The notes beneath the pieces were generated by a model. That model had not been told where the DNA came from. It searched no databases and saw only the letters and a program-made list of their open reading frames with translations. The translations under genes were made by a program, and so were the position numbers. 64,000 nucleotides of DNA, from positions 79,868 through 143,867 of the forward strand of contig CAKOYV010000001.1 in assembly GCA_934131005.1 (NCBI GenBank), in the 5' to 3' direction. Shown piece by piece: positions 1-9,705 of this stretch. Numbering within the stretch: position 1 is the stretch's first letter; every line of letters starts with the position of its first letter. The stretch comes from an uncultured Bacilli bacterium (GTDB lineage Bacteria; Bacillota_I; Bacilli_A; RF39; UBA660).

Positions 1-279
1 ATAATTACTAGAAATAGCCGCCTCTAAGCCTTTTTCTAACTGAGGTACTAAATACTCTTCATTATTTGAATGCTGATTAACAACCTCTAAAGATAAATCA
101 GCCTCTCCCGCAGTACCTGCTATACTATTATTACTAGCTGTTAAAGCATAATAAGCATATGTTCCACCAGTTACTAACAATGCATAACAAAATATTCCTA
201 TAATTATTAAGCTAACTCTCTTTAGTTTAAGAATTTTGACCCCCCCCCAATTAACTTTTGGTTTATAATTATTTATCAT
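1..279 (-). CDS. 5' fragment of a SipW-signal/TasA-like + DUF285 surface protein paralog (runs off the window edge); ATG at 279 is out of frame with the signal peptide because of the G9 tract
   Basis: Positions 1-300 are about 90% identical to 19380-19690, the 5' end of the 17691-19665 gene. Minus strand reads GAGGT-N6-ATG ATA AAT AAT TAT AAA CCA AAA GTT AAT T-G9-TC AAA..., followed by the hydrophobic signal peptide and a GGTYAYYALTASNN motif. Confidence 0.55.
   Translation of the reverse strand, partial: MINNYKPKVNWGGVKILKLKRVSLIIIGIFCYALLVTGGTYAYYALTASNNSIAGTAGEADLSLEVVNQHSNNEEYLVPQLEKGLEAAISSNY
240..248. repeat. Homopolymer C9 (G9 on coding strand) within the first codons of the paralog
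   Basis: Nine consecutive C read directly; unusual in a genome this AT-rich. Same length and context as the tract at 19625-19633. Confidence 0.9.
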
Positions 280-397
280 AAATATACCTCTTATCTTTAT
301 CATATCTACTTACTATTTTACCAAAATATTTATAAAAAGAAAAGAGCAAATAAATCAATTTATCTACTCTCCAAAACAATTTAACTATCTATTCTAA

Positions 398-1312
398 TTA
401 CTTAGTCTTTTTTCTGCACAAAGAAATCCCCTCATTATAACTATTAGTAATTGACGGAAAAGTCTCTAGTGTATAGATATCTGGATAATGACGTAATAAA
501 TAAGAATTAATATCATAACCCTTATTATCTAATTCTATCATTTTATCAAAATAACAATAACAAACTCCAACTAAACCATTATCTTTAAGTTTAGAAAAAA
601 CATCTTTCATAATAAACTTATGAACCAAATTTTGTCCCTCTAATCCTTTTATATCATAATAATACTGTAAAACATTTGATAAATAAATAACATCAAAATA
701 TTTATCAGTAACATCCTTTAAATCAACAATATTTAAATCTTTAAAAACTACTAATTCATGTTTCAATCTTTCTCTTAAAATGGAATAATATTCTTGTTGA
801 TAGTATAAATTATATTCTTCTTGCAAATCCAAATTCTCTACTAAAGTACCTCTAATAAACATCGTCTCTCCAATCAACAAACAATTCTTGAAAACACAAT
901 CATAAACATAACTCCAAAATTTATAACTATCATCATCTAAATTACTACTTACTGCCTTAAAATTATCTCTTGCCAAAAAATCTTTACTACTTTTTGAAAA
1001 AAAACTTTTAAATGAATCTACATCAGCATAAGTCAAAATAGTTGCTTCCTTTAATGCTAACACATATTTAGCAAACTTATTATAATCAAAACTAACAACA
1101 CTATTTGCTCCTAACGAAAGAGCATTTAAAGCAAAATCTCCTCCTCCCGTAACACAAAGAACATCTTTCTCACGCACATCAAATATCTTAAAAATTTCTC
1201 TAAGTATTTCATTTGTTTCAACATAAACAGGAGAATATTCCAAAAAAGGAAACCCACTATTATCACTATTATACTTACTCTCAAGTAGACTATCTAATAC
1301 TTCTAACTTCAT
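398..1312 (-). CDS. SAM-dependent transferase, DUF3419/BtaA-like
   Basis: 304-aa ORF with motif LCVTGGGDFALNALSLGANSVVSFDYNKFAKYVLALKEA, resembling the nucleotide-binding and AVDLNxxQxxLLELK region of the DUF3419 family. Confidence 0.45.
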   Translation of the reverse strand: MKLEVLDSLLESKYNSDNSGFPFLEYSPVYVETNEILREIFKIFDVREKDVLCVTGGGDFALNALSLGANSVVSFDYNKFAKYVLALKEATILTYADVDSFKSFFSKSSKDFLARDNFKAVSSNLDDDSYKFWSYVYDCVFKNCLLIGETMFIRGTLVENLDLQEEYNLYYQQEYYSILRERLKHELVVFKDLNIVDLKDVTDKYFDVIYLSNVLQYYYDIKGLEGQNLVHKFIMKDVFSKLKDNGLVGVCYCYFDKMIELDNKGYDINSYLLRHYPDIYTLETFPSITNSYNEGISLCRKKTK

Positions 1313-1363
1313 ATCAAAAAAATACCAGTATGCCTATATAACACACTGATATTCAATCCCATC

Positions 1364-1900
1364 TTACTTCTCTTCAGCTTTAGCTTCTGTTTTCTTAGTT
1401 GCAGTCTTTTTTGTAGTTGTAGTAGCTTTCTTAGCAGTTGTTGTACTCTTCTTAGCAGTTGTAGTTTTCTTTGTAGTAGCCTTCTTAACAGTACTAGTAG
1501 TCTTAGCTTCACTCTTAGCACTAGCTTCTGGCTTATATTCCTTACCTTCTAAGCTATCACGACTAACACTAACTAACTTACTAAATCCTTCTTTATCAAC
1601 AATAGCCATTTCACTTAACATCTTTCTATTAATAGCAATTCCTGCTTTATTTAAACCATTAATAAACTTAGAATAACTAATATCATTCTCACGACATGCA
1701 GCATTTATTCTAGTTATCCATAATTTTCTAAAGTTTCTCTTATTTTGTCTTCTATCTCTATAAGCATATTGACCAGAATGCATAACTTGTTCATGAGCAG
1801 TCTTATATAATCTATGCTTACTACCAAAATAACCTTTTGCTTCTTTTAAAACTTTTTTTCTTCTTGCACGTGCAACAGTGCCACCTTTAACTCTTGTCAT
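1364..1900 (-). CDS. rplT: 50S ribosomal protein L20 with a roughly 60-aa K/T/A-rich C-terminal extension
   Basis: N-terminal 118 aa match L20 ([18 protein letters not shown]..); the tail is low-complexity [15 protein letters not shown]. Confidence 0.9.
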   Translation of the reverse strand: MTRVKGGTVARARRKKVLKEAKGYFGSKHRLYKTAHEQVMHSGQYAYRDRRQNKRNFRKLWITRINAACRENDISYSKFINGLNKAGIAINRKMLSEMAIVDKEGFSKLVSVSRDSLEGKEYKPEASAKSEAKTTSTVKKATTKKTTTAKKSTTTAKKATTTTKKTATKKTEAKAEEK

Positions 1901-1917
1901 TTCTTAATATCCTCCTC

Positions 1918-2130
1918 TTAAATTACATCTTTAATTCTCTTATAATCTGAATTATGTAGTGTACTACCTTTTCTCTTTTGTCTACTTCTCTTAGCACTAT
2001 TCTTACCAGTATTATGATTTGTACCTTGACTAGTAATCTTTATAGAACCACTTTGTCTCTTCTTAAACACTTTACTAGCGCCACTATGAGATTTTAATTT
2101 AATTTTTTTCATTTTTACTTTCTTTGCCAT
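1918..2130 (-). CDS. rpmI: 50S ribosomal protein L35
   Basis: MAKKVKMKKIKLKSHSGASKVFKK is L35-like, in the conserved infC-rpmI-rplT order. Confidence 0.85.
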   Translation of the reverse strand: MAKKVKMKKIKLKSHSGASKVFKKRQSGSIKITSQGTNHNTGKNSAKRSRQKRKGSTLHNSDYKRIKDVI

Positions 2131-2150
2131 AACCTTATCTCCTTAATTAT

Positions 2151-2672
2151 TTATTTTTTAGGTGTTAGTTGCATAAATATAACACGACCTTCCATCTTAG
2201 GTCTAATTTCTACTTCTGCAATATCACTCAATGCTTCTTCAAACTTCATTAATACTTCCTTAGCAAGTTCAGGACGAGCAATTTGACGGCCTTTAAATCT
2301 GATACTTCCCTTAACTTTATCCCCACGCAATATTGCTTTACGGGCATTATTAACTCTTGTATCAAAATCATGCTTATCAATAGTAACAGACAATCTAAAT
2401 TCTTTTACATTAACAATAGACTCCCTCTGCTTCTTTTGTGCCTCTTTAGCCTTCTTTTTCTTTTCATACTTAAATCTATTATAATCCATAATCTTACATA
2501 CTGGTGGATTAGAACGATCATTCATCAACACTAAATCAAAACCAGCATAACCAGCTAAAGTCAAAGCATCTTTTTTTGACTTAAGACCCAATTGTTCACC
2601 ACTTGGTCCAATAACCATCATTTCCTTACATCTAATTTGCTCATTAATTAAGTTATCTCTATTGTTTGCGAT
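2151..2672 (-). CDS. infC: Translation initiation factor IF-3, probable non-AUG (ATC) start
   Basis: IF-3 motifs GEQLGL, PPVCKIMDY, IRFKGRQIARPE. GGAGGTG lies 6 nt upstream of an in-frame ATC at 2670-2672; the upstream ATG at 2726 has no SD and would add an atypical hydrophobic leader. Confidence 0.8.
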   Translation of the reverse strand: MANNRDNLINEQIRCKEMMVIGPSGEQLGLKSKKDALTLAGYAGFDLVLMNDRSNPPVCKIMDYNRFKYEKKKKAKEAQKKQRESIVNVKEFRLSVTIDKHDFDTRVNNARKAILRGDKVKGSIRFKGRQIARPELAKEVLMKFEEALSDIAEVEIRPKMEGRVIFMQLTPKK

Positions 2673-2917
2673 ATCAAACACCTCCATATAAACAAAAATG
2701 AATACAAGAAAGCTCGTATTCATCATCTATCCACATTATAATAATCCCAACTTAAATTATATATAACAATTGGCTTTAACCCATCACTATTCGTAATCAG
2801 GTGAGATAAATACATCTACTTTCCGCTTCGTTCTTGATAATTATAGTACAAATATATTTAATTGTCAACAAAATATTACCATTTCGAAAGAAAAGTACTA
2901 TTTTTTCTATAAAAAAC

Positions 2918-5098
2918 CTACAATCTATTAGGCTCTATATCAATTTCAACCTTAACCTTACTATTAGTCTTATAATGATTATCCAAATCAATAAGAACTT
3001 GCCTCAACTTATCATCTTTCTTATATTTTATAATACATTGCTGATAATAAACATTATTAACTCTAAAAACAGAAGCCATAGCTGGCCCTAGCACAAAAGT
3101 ACTACCTTCCAAATTATTTCTCAAATACTCTCCTACTTTATTAGCCTCCTTAAAACTAGCCTCATAATCCTTAGTACTAATACTAATTAAAATAATATAA
3201 TAATAAGGACTATAATTAAGTTTCTTTCTTATCTTCATCTCTTCCTTATAAAAAGACAAATAATCATGCTCACTAGCTAGTCTAATACTATAATGCTTAT
3301 CATTATAAGTCTGAATAACAACATATCCCAACCTATCAGCACGACCTGCTCTTCCAGCAACCTGCGATAATAACTGATAAGTACGCTCACTACTCCTAAA
3401 ATCAGGTATATTTAAACTAGCATCAGCATTAATAACTCCTACCAACGTAACTAAAGGAAAATCTAATCCCTTAGCAATCATCTGAGTACCAACTAAAATA
3501 TCATATTTATGTGAAGAAAAATCTTCAATAATTCTCTCATGTGCTCCCTTCTTAGAAGTCGTATCCATATCCATCCTAACAACCCTAGCATCATACCTAC
3601 GATTTAACTCTTCCTCCAACTTCTCCGTACCAAGCCCATAATCACCCAAATCATTACTACCACAGCAAGAACACTTCTCATATTTCAAAACAGCATAACC
3701 ACAATAATGACATCTAAGCATATTACTAGTCTTATGATAAGTTAAACTAATATCACAATTAGGACATTTAAACACCTCACCACACTTCTTACAAGTCAAA
3801 AAAGAAGAATATCCCCGTCTATTAAGAAGCAAAATTATTTGCTCACCCAACCTAAGCTTTTCTCTTATCTGCTCATCTAACAAAGAAGAAATAATAAAAT
3901 TCCCCTTCTTGACCTCTTCTTTCATATCAACTATTGAAACACTAGGCAACCTACCAGCTCCCGCTCTCTTTGTAAGCCTTAACAGCTCGTAAACATGATT
4001 ACCAGCTCTAGCCATACTCTCTAAAGAAGGCGTAGCACTCCCTAATAAAACAGGACAACTATGATAACGACTTCGCATCAAAGCAACATCTCTAGCATGA
4101 TACCTCGGATGATTATCTTGTTTATAAGTACTAGAATGTTCCTCATCAATAATTATAATCCCAAGATTCTTAATAGGTGCAAAAATAGCACTCCTAGCTC
4201 CTACAACAATATGAACATCCCCTCTAACAATACGCCTATATTCATCATACTTAGCAGCATCAGATAACCCCGAATGCAAAATAGCAACATCATCACCAAA
4301 ACGAGAAACAAACCTCGAAACTATCTGTGGTGTCAAACTAATCTCTGGCACCAACACAATAGCTCCCTTTCCCTTCTTAATAAAAGAAGAAATAATTCTC
4401 ATATAAACCTCAGTCTTACCACTTCCGGTAATTCCATATAACAAAAATGTTTTACTAACACCATAGCTATCAACAACCTTCGATACAACTAAAGACTGTT
4501 CCTCATTTAAAATAACCTTCTTATCACTAACAGAAGCTGAAAATTGGCCCCTCGAAGCCTCTTTTTCCAAAATTTTAACAAGTCCATGCTTAATAAGGGT
4601 CTTAATCGTACTATCAACCCGACTAATCTTAACACTTTCATTACTAATAAGTTGCTTAAGTATTAATACTTGTTTAGGATAACGACATTTATCTATATAC
4701 TCCATAACACAAGAAACACTACTATCAAGTACCAAATATTTATCAAACTTTATCCCTATATTAGTACCATACTTAGCCTTCAAAGCCCTAGGCAACATTA
4801 CCTGATAAGCACTAATTTTAGAACACAAAGTCTTCTTACTTATCTCATCTCCAAGCCATAGCATTTCCTTATTCAAAATAGGATAATCATCAACAAGCTC
4901 TATAATTGGCTTCAAATCATAGTCAACCGAAACATCATCTACTATCTCTAAAACAAAACCTTCTAAAGTTTGATGCCCAAATGAAACTTTAACTCGCTCC
5001 CCAACCATCACAGAACCACGCAAATTATCAGGAATACTATAAATAAAAGTCTTATCAACACTCTTAACACCAATCTCTACAATAACCTTAGCATACAA
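2918..5098 (-). CDS. priA: Primosomal protein N' (replication restart helicase)
   Basis: 726 aa; Walker A GITGSGKTEVY, DEEH box, CxxC zinc-binding pairs, C-terminal winged region. Confidence 0.9.
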   Translation of the reverse strand: MYAKVIVEIGVKSVDKTFIYSIPDNLRGSVMVGERVKVSFGHQTLEGFVLEIVDDVSVDYDLKPIIELVDDYPILNKEMLWLGDEISKKTLCSKISAYQVMLPRALKAKYGTNIGIKFDKYLVLDSSVSCVMEYIDKCRYPKQVLILKQLISNESVKISRVDSTIKTLIKHGLVKILEKEASRGQFSASVSDKKVILNEEQSLVVSKVVDSYGVSKTFLLYGITGSGKTEVYMRIISSFIKKGKGAIVLVPEISLTPQIVSRFVSRFGDDVAILHSGLSDAAKYDEYRRIVRGDVHIVVGARSAIFAPIKNLGIIIIDEEHSSTYKQDNHPRYHARDVALMRSRYHSCPVLLGSATPSLESMARAGNHVYELLRLTKRAGAGRLPSVSIVDMKEEVKKGNFIISSLLDEQIREKLRLGEQIILLLNRRGYSSFLTCKKCGEVFKCPNCDISLTYHKTSNMLRCHYCGYAVLKYEKCSCCGSNDLGDYGLGTEKLEEELNRRYDARVVRMDMDTTSKKGAHERIIEDFSSHKYDILVGTQMIAKGLDFPLVTLVGVINADASLNIPDFRSSERTYQLLSQVAGRAGRADRLGYVVIQTYNDKHYSIRLASEHDYLSFYKEEMKIRKKLNYSPYYYIILISISTKDYEASFKEANKVGEYLRNNLEGSTFVLGPAMASVFRVNNVYYQQCIIKYKKDDKLRQVLIDLDNHYKTNSKVKVEIDIEPNRL

Positions 5099-5129
5099 AA
5101 AATACCCCTCCTTCCATAAAAAATTAACT

Positions 5130-5567
5130 CTATTTAATAACTTCTACCTTAATCTTCTCATTTCTAAAACAAAACACTGTAAACTTATGTGAACACTTAG
5201 GACACTTACATACATGCTTTCCTCTTACAAGAGGCAATCTCAACACCGTCTTACATTTAGGACATTTACGATAAATATGTGTATTTCTATCACGCCATCT
5301 TACCTTAATTTTATCTATTCTTTTAAAAAATTTCTTTTTAAAATTCAAATAAACCATATTCTCACGCCTACGCTTATAAATATCACGTGACATCGCTCTA
5401 TAAACAATAATTATAATAAGTAAAGTCTCTATCAAACTAACAATTCTATTATTTGCAAAAATATTTATAAAAGACAACAAAACACATACAACAAGACCTA
5501 CTTTATAAACCTCATCAATTCCATATCTCCCCTGCATAAATTTATATACTTTATTAAAAAACTTCAC
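5130..5567 (-). CDS. Membrane protein with C-terminal zinc-ribbon (CPKC...CPKC)
   Basis: Two predicted TM helices followed by two CxxC pairs. Confidence 0.35.
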   Translation of the reverse strand: MKFFNKVYKFMQGRYGIDEVYKVGLVVCVLLSFINIFANNRIVSLIETLLIIIIVYRAMSRDIYKRRRENMVYLNFKKKFFKRIDKIKVRWRDRNTHIYRKCPKCKTVLRLPLVRGKHVCKCPKCSHKFTVFCFRNEKIKVEVIK

Positions 5568-5587
5568 AAATAATCCCTCTTTCTATT

Positions 5588-5902
5588 CTATAATTTTAAT
5601 TTCAAACGTGCTACTGGCACCTCTTGTTTATATTTTTCATTATATGCCATAATCATTCTAGAAAACATATCAAACATAACCTCATTTGTAGGAAATGGTT
5701 CAAAATAGCCATTTTCTATATAATATTTATAATAAGTATCAAATGCATTTTTAAAACCCAAACAATACCAAGTACCAAAAACATTTGGATCCAAAACAAC
5801 ACCATATACCTCTTCTTCATAAACCACTATCATATCTATAGCGTCACCAAAGCCATAACAATATTCTTGATATTCAAACGTATTTAACCTTTCTAATTCC
5901 AT
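5588..5902 (-). CDS. Hypothetical protein
   Basis: 104-aa ORF tightly linked upstream of 5130-5567. Confidence 0.3.
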   Translation of the reverse strand: MELERLNTFEYQEYCYGFGDAIDMIVVYEEEVYGVVLDPNVFGTWYCLGFKNAFDTYYKYYIENGYFEPFPTNEVMFDMFSRMIMAYNEKYKQEVPVARLKLKL

Positions 5903-6130
5903 AAAAAAGTACCTCCTAAATATTTATATAATATCACACTTTTCTCCACTTTAAAACCCGTAGTCAAAAATAATTAAATTTCCCTAAGTTTTTTAAATAT
6001 TTAGAAGGATTTTAGCTTTTTACCTAGAACAATATATTTAGAGGGACTAAATTCCCTCTAAACAGAAAGGAGGTAAATTATAGAAAAATTAACTGAAAAA
6101 GAAAGGTTAATTCCTTTAACCAAAGACTTT

Positions 6131-6994
6131 ATGTTTAAGCATATCTTTACCAACAATCCAGATATCCTAAAAAAATTCTTAATTGATGTTCTAAAACTAG
6201 ATATCAACCCTAACCTAGCTACTATCATTATCGAAAATAACGAACTTACTAAATCTAGGGAAAAAGAATATCAAAAGAACGTTGATATCTATGTTTCTAT
6301 TAATAATAACTTAAGAATTGATATTGAAGTAAACTCTGAAAAATTTAGCTCTATTAAAGCAAGAAATGTCTTATATTTAAATAAAATTGCTATTGATACA
6401 ACTGAATCAGGCTTTACTTATCAAAAAATGAACAAACAATATTTCTACCAACTAAACTTAAATGCTCATAAATCTGATAAATATTTAGACGAAGAATACC
6501 TACTCGTCTCTACAAATAAACACCAAATCTTACTAGATAATTATAAAATCATTTGCAAATCTCTTGATTATTACAAAGAACTTTATTATAATCAAGGTAA
6601 GAATTCAAGCAAAGATGTAATATGGTTATCTTTACTTGGAGCAAATAATTTTAATGAATTAGAGGAGATGGCAAGTTTAGTTATGGATGAAAATGAGAAA
6701 AACAAGTTTGTAAGTGAATGCAAAGATTCTAGTAAAAACACTAAATGGTTATCTGAATGGGGAACAGAATACTTTGCCGAAATGGTGAAACAAAACGTTA
6801 TCGAAGATGCTAAACAAGAAGGATTGCAAGAAGGATTACAAGAAGGATTAGAAAAAGGAATTAATCAAACAAAAACAGAAATGGTAAAAAAGTTATTAGA
6901 GCAAAAAGTATCTTATGAAATTATCGCTACCTCTGCATCAATTTCTGTTAAAGATGTAAAAAAGATAGAAAAATCCATACAAACTGGAGATTAA
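6131..6994 (+). CDS. Rpn/YhgA-like PD-(D/E)XK nuclease-family putative transposase (TIGR01784-like)
   Basis: N-terminus FKHIFTNNPDILKKFLIDVL and C-terminal QEGLQEGLQEGLEKG repeat are typical of this family. A strong SD (AAAGGAGG at 6066-6073) sits far upstream of the ATG with the frame open from 6077, so the true start may be a non-ATG codon near 6080. Confidence 0.6.
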   Translation: MFKHIFTNNPDILKKFLIDVLKLDINPNLATIIIENNELTKSREKEYQKNVDIYVSINNNLRIDIEVNSEKFSSIKARNVLYLNKIAIDTTESGFTYQKMNKQYFYQLNLNAHKSDKYLDEEYLLVSTNKHQILLDNYKIICKSLDYYKELYYNQGKNSSKDVIWLSLLGANNFNELEEMASLVMDENEKNKFVSECKDSSKNTKWLSEWGTEYFAEMVKQNVIEDAKQEGLQEGLQEGLEKGINQTKTEMVKKLLEQKVSYEIIATSASISVKDVKKIEKSIQTGD

Positions 6995-7021
6995 CTCTAT
7001 CTTTTTTTCTATTAATATTAC

Positions 7022-7456
7022 CTACTTTTTTCTACATTTATTATTTTTAATTAATTTCAAAATTCCAACAGAAACAGTATTATTCAAAACATCCTTATTA
7101 TTCTTACCTTTACGATTATTAGACTTAATAATCGCCTCATTAATTTCTAGTATACTACTATAATAATATCTATTAATAACCTCATCACTAATATTACCAT
7201 CACTCATCATATATTTAACTACCTCAAAATATTTAGAACAAGCTGTAAAAAAGCCAAATTTAAACCACGCTACATCTATTTCTCCTTCACCAAAACAATC
7301 ATTAATATAAAATTCCACATCAAAAAATATTTGTCCAACATCTACATAATAATTTTGCCTTTTCATATCCCTAATATATGAAATTCCATCCAAAAATCCC
7401 TTTTTATAGGATACATCACCAAATGTTTCTATCTTCTCTATTTTCACCCAAAACAC
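7022..7456 (-). CDS. Hypothetical protein
   Basis: 144-aa ORF convergent with the Rpn-like gene; no recognisable motif. Confidence 0.3.
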   Translation of the reverse strand: MFWVKIEKIETFGDVSYKKGFLDGISYIRDMKRQNYYVDVGQIFFDVEFYINDCFGEGEIDVAWFKFGFFTACSKYFEVVKYMMSDGNISDEVINRYYYSSILEINEAIIKSNNRKGKNNKDVLNNTVSVGILKLIKNNKCRKK

Positions 7457-7492
7457 ATCCTTTATTTAAATTTTAAAACGTTATACTATTTC

Positions 7493-8254
7493 CTATCCAT
7501 TTAAAAATTTTAATAGCATAAATAAAATTCCTATCACAAAAAACACCTTAGTCAAACGATTATAATTATACCTAAAAGAAGTAGGCAATAATTCAGACAG
7601 AGAAATTTCTAACATAATTCCTGCAATTAATGAAAATAACAATCCTAGTATAAAATCATTAATATAATTTATTAGAAAAAAATAAGTTATCAAAGCTCCA
7701 AAAGGCTCCGACAAAGCCGACACTAAAGTATAGAAAAATGCTCTAGCTCTACTTCCCGTAGCATAATATATAGGAACTGATATAGAAATACCCTCAGGGA
7801 TATTATGAAGAGCTATAGCAAAAGCTAAAGATGCCCCTAAAGAAATACTCTTAGTAGTAGAAATAAAAGTAGCTATTCCCTCAGGAATATTATGCATAAC
7901 AATAGCAATCATAGAAATAATTCCCACCTTATATAAAGATTTACCACCACTATCAGATAAATCAGGAACCACCCGTTCTATACCAATTGATAAAAATATT
8001 CCCACCATCACAAACAAAAAACACAACAATACTCGTACCACTTCGCCTATACCATCAAGCATTGATAAAGCTTCCGGAATAAGATCTGTAATGGAAACAC
8101 ATAACATAACTCCAGATGCAAAAGCAAGCGAACCAGCTACTACTCTATCTTTATTAGATGTTCTAACAAAAATAAAAAAAGTTCCTATCATAGTAGAAAG
8201 ACCAGCTAATATAGTTAATAAAAATGCTATCTTAATATTCATCATTATCACCAT
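7493..8254 (-). CDS. zupT: ZIP-family zinc transporter
   Basis: Eight TM segments, duplicated HNIPEG motif, histidine-rich loop. Confidence 0.8.
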   Translation of the reverse strand: MVIMMNIKIAFLLTILAGLSTMIGTFFIFVRTSNKDRVVAGSLAFASGVMLCVSITDLIPEALSMLDGIGEVVRVLLCFLFVMVGIFLSIGIERVVPDLSDSGGKSLYKVGIISMIAIVMHNIPEGIATFISTTKSISLGASLAFAIALHNIPEGISISVPIYYATGSRARAFFYTLVSALSEPFGALITYFFLINYINDFILGLLFSLIAGIMLEISLSELLPTSFRYNYNRLTKVFFVIGILFMLLKFLNG

Positions 8255-8287
8255 TAAATTATATGCTAAATCAATTACTATAATATT

Positions 8288-8644
8288 CTATTTTTTTATT
8301 ATCTTATACTTAACCTCTAACCATGAACTAAATGCTACCTGATAGGCCATTGTTCCAAATACAATTAAAACACTTCCACAAACAACCAAGAAAAATAACA
8401 AAACAAACAAATAATTATTACAAATATTAGAAACTATCATATTCATAATTGCAACTATACTAGGAACAAAACATAAAATTCCTACAAAAACACAAAAATA
8501 CATATTTAAACATGCCCGATGCCCAAATTTCTTACTTTTAAACTCAGTTTCCAACTCACAAGCTCTCTTAGAATCTAATTCATAAAAACTACTATATTCC
8601 CCATAATCTCTCTTATCACCTAATTTTTTAAACATCAATATCAC
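8288..8644 (-). CDS. Small membrane protein, hypothetical
   Basis: 118 aa, two or three TM segments; 6-nt gap to the next gene suggests an operon. Confidence 0.3.
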   Translation of the reverse strand: MILMFKKLGDKRDYGEYSSFYELDSKRACELETEFKSKKFGHRACLNMYFCVFVGILCFVPSIVAIMNMIVSNICNNYLFVLLFFLVVCGSVLIVFGTMAYQVAFSSWLEVKYKIIKK

Positions 8645-8650
8645 ACTTTC

Positions 8651-9010
8651 CTATTTTTTCATTTTTAACATATAATACCTAGCAAGTAAACCATAACAAA
8701 TTATTGTAAATAAAACAAGCAAAATAATTCCAACTACAATTCTAATTACCCAACTCCCAACTAAATACATAACAATAATATAAATAGTTGCAATAATAAA
8801 TGTATTAACTAAAGAATATGTATAAACAAACTTTTTATAATCTAAACTACCAATATTAATATTATATATCTTCTTAAGATAACTAGCCTCAGGCACTATC
8901 CTATCCTTCTGATATTTTTTATTATTTCTAACAACACCCAAATAATTAATTAAATATACTAATCCAAATACCCCTAAATATTCTAATAAAATATTCATCT
9001 CTACCTCCAA
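8651..9010 (-). CDS. Small membrane protein, hypothetical
   Basis: 119 aa, several TM segments; 3-nt gap to 9013-9594. Confidence 0.3.
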   Translation of the reverse strand: MEVEMNILLEYLGVFGLVYLINYLGVVRNNKKYQKDRIVPEASYLKKIYNINIGSLDYKKFVYTYSLVNTFIIATIYIIVMYLVGSWVIRIVVGIILLVLFTIICYGLLARYYMLKMKK

Positions 9011-9012
9011 CT

Positions 9013-9594
9013 CTAAGGAGCTAATTTCTTCATCTTTCCATGTCCAGCACTCTTAGGATCAAAATTATTTTCTAAATATCCATATCCATCGCTTTGTAAT
9101 TCTAAATAATAATCAGAGAAACCATAATAAGCTATTAAAAATAAAGTCATCATTTGATAATTATAAACAGCTTTATCAACCTCATCTTCTTTTATTTGAT
9201 CACTTATTTTCTTAAGAACATCATCATACAAATATTTAGAAATTTCCTCTCTTTGAGAATCATGATAAATAGACATTGCTAATATAGGTCCAACTGTATC
9301 ATAGCACTTTAATATATCATAATATTGCTCATCCTTCTGCAAAACATCATCTCTAAAATCTCGCAAATTATTCAAAACACAATCATCATCACTACGACCT
9401 AATATATCACAAACAATCGTCGTTATATAGCAACCACTACTTTCATTTTTCTTAAAAATAGGACATTTGCCATAGTTATAATCACGACAATATCTACGAT
9501 AAGTATCATCATCTACTCTTTTATCTTGTTTTATACACCAATAATCCCCAAATAATAATCCACTCTTATACTCATAAAATGTACAACTCACCAA
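9013..9594 (-). CDS. Cys-rich hypothetical protein
   Basis: 193 aa; eight Cys in the N-terminal 110 aa (CTF..YWC..YC..GKCP..GCY..VCD..DDC), acidic C-terminal half. Confidence 0.3.
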   Translation of the reverse strand: MVSCTFYEYKSGLLFGDYWCIKQDKRVDDDTYRRYCRDYNYGKCPIFKKNESSGCYITTIVCDILGRSDDDCVLNNLRDFRDDVLQKDEQYYDILKCYDTVGPILAMSIYHDSQREEISKYLYDDVLKKISDQIKEDEVDKAVYNYQMMTLFLIAYYGFSDYYLELQSDGYGYLENNFDPKSAGHGKMKKLAP

Positions 9595-9705
9595 ATCACC
9601 CTGCCTTTCTTAACAACTATATATTACTACGAGACCATAAACTAGTCAATAATTTAAATACTTAATCATTAGAAAAAGTAGGAATTAAGCAAAATTATCC
9701 TTACT

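Noticed and set aside
1309-1521. ORF-track 70-aa ORF overlapping rplT
   Set aside because: Low-complexity reverse reading of the L20 K/T-rich tail; there is no SD.
2283-2534. Plus-strand 83-aa ORF inside infC
   Set aside because: Antisense to a well-supported gene; AT-rich filler.
4061-4861. Two plus-strand ORFs (4061-4267, 4670-4861) inside priA
   Set aside because: Antisense to priA; hydrophobic junk typical of AT-rich antisense frames.
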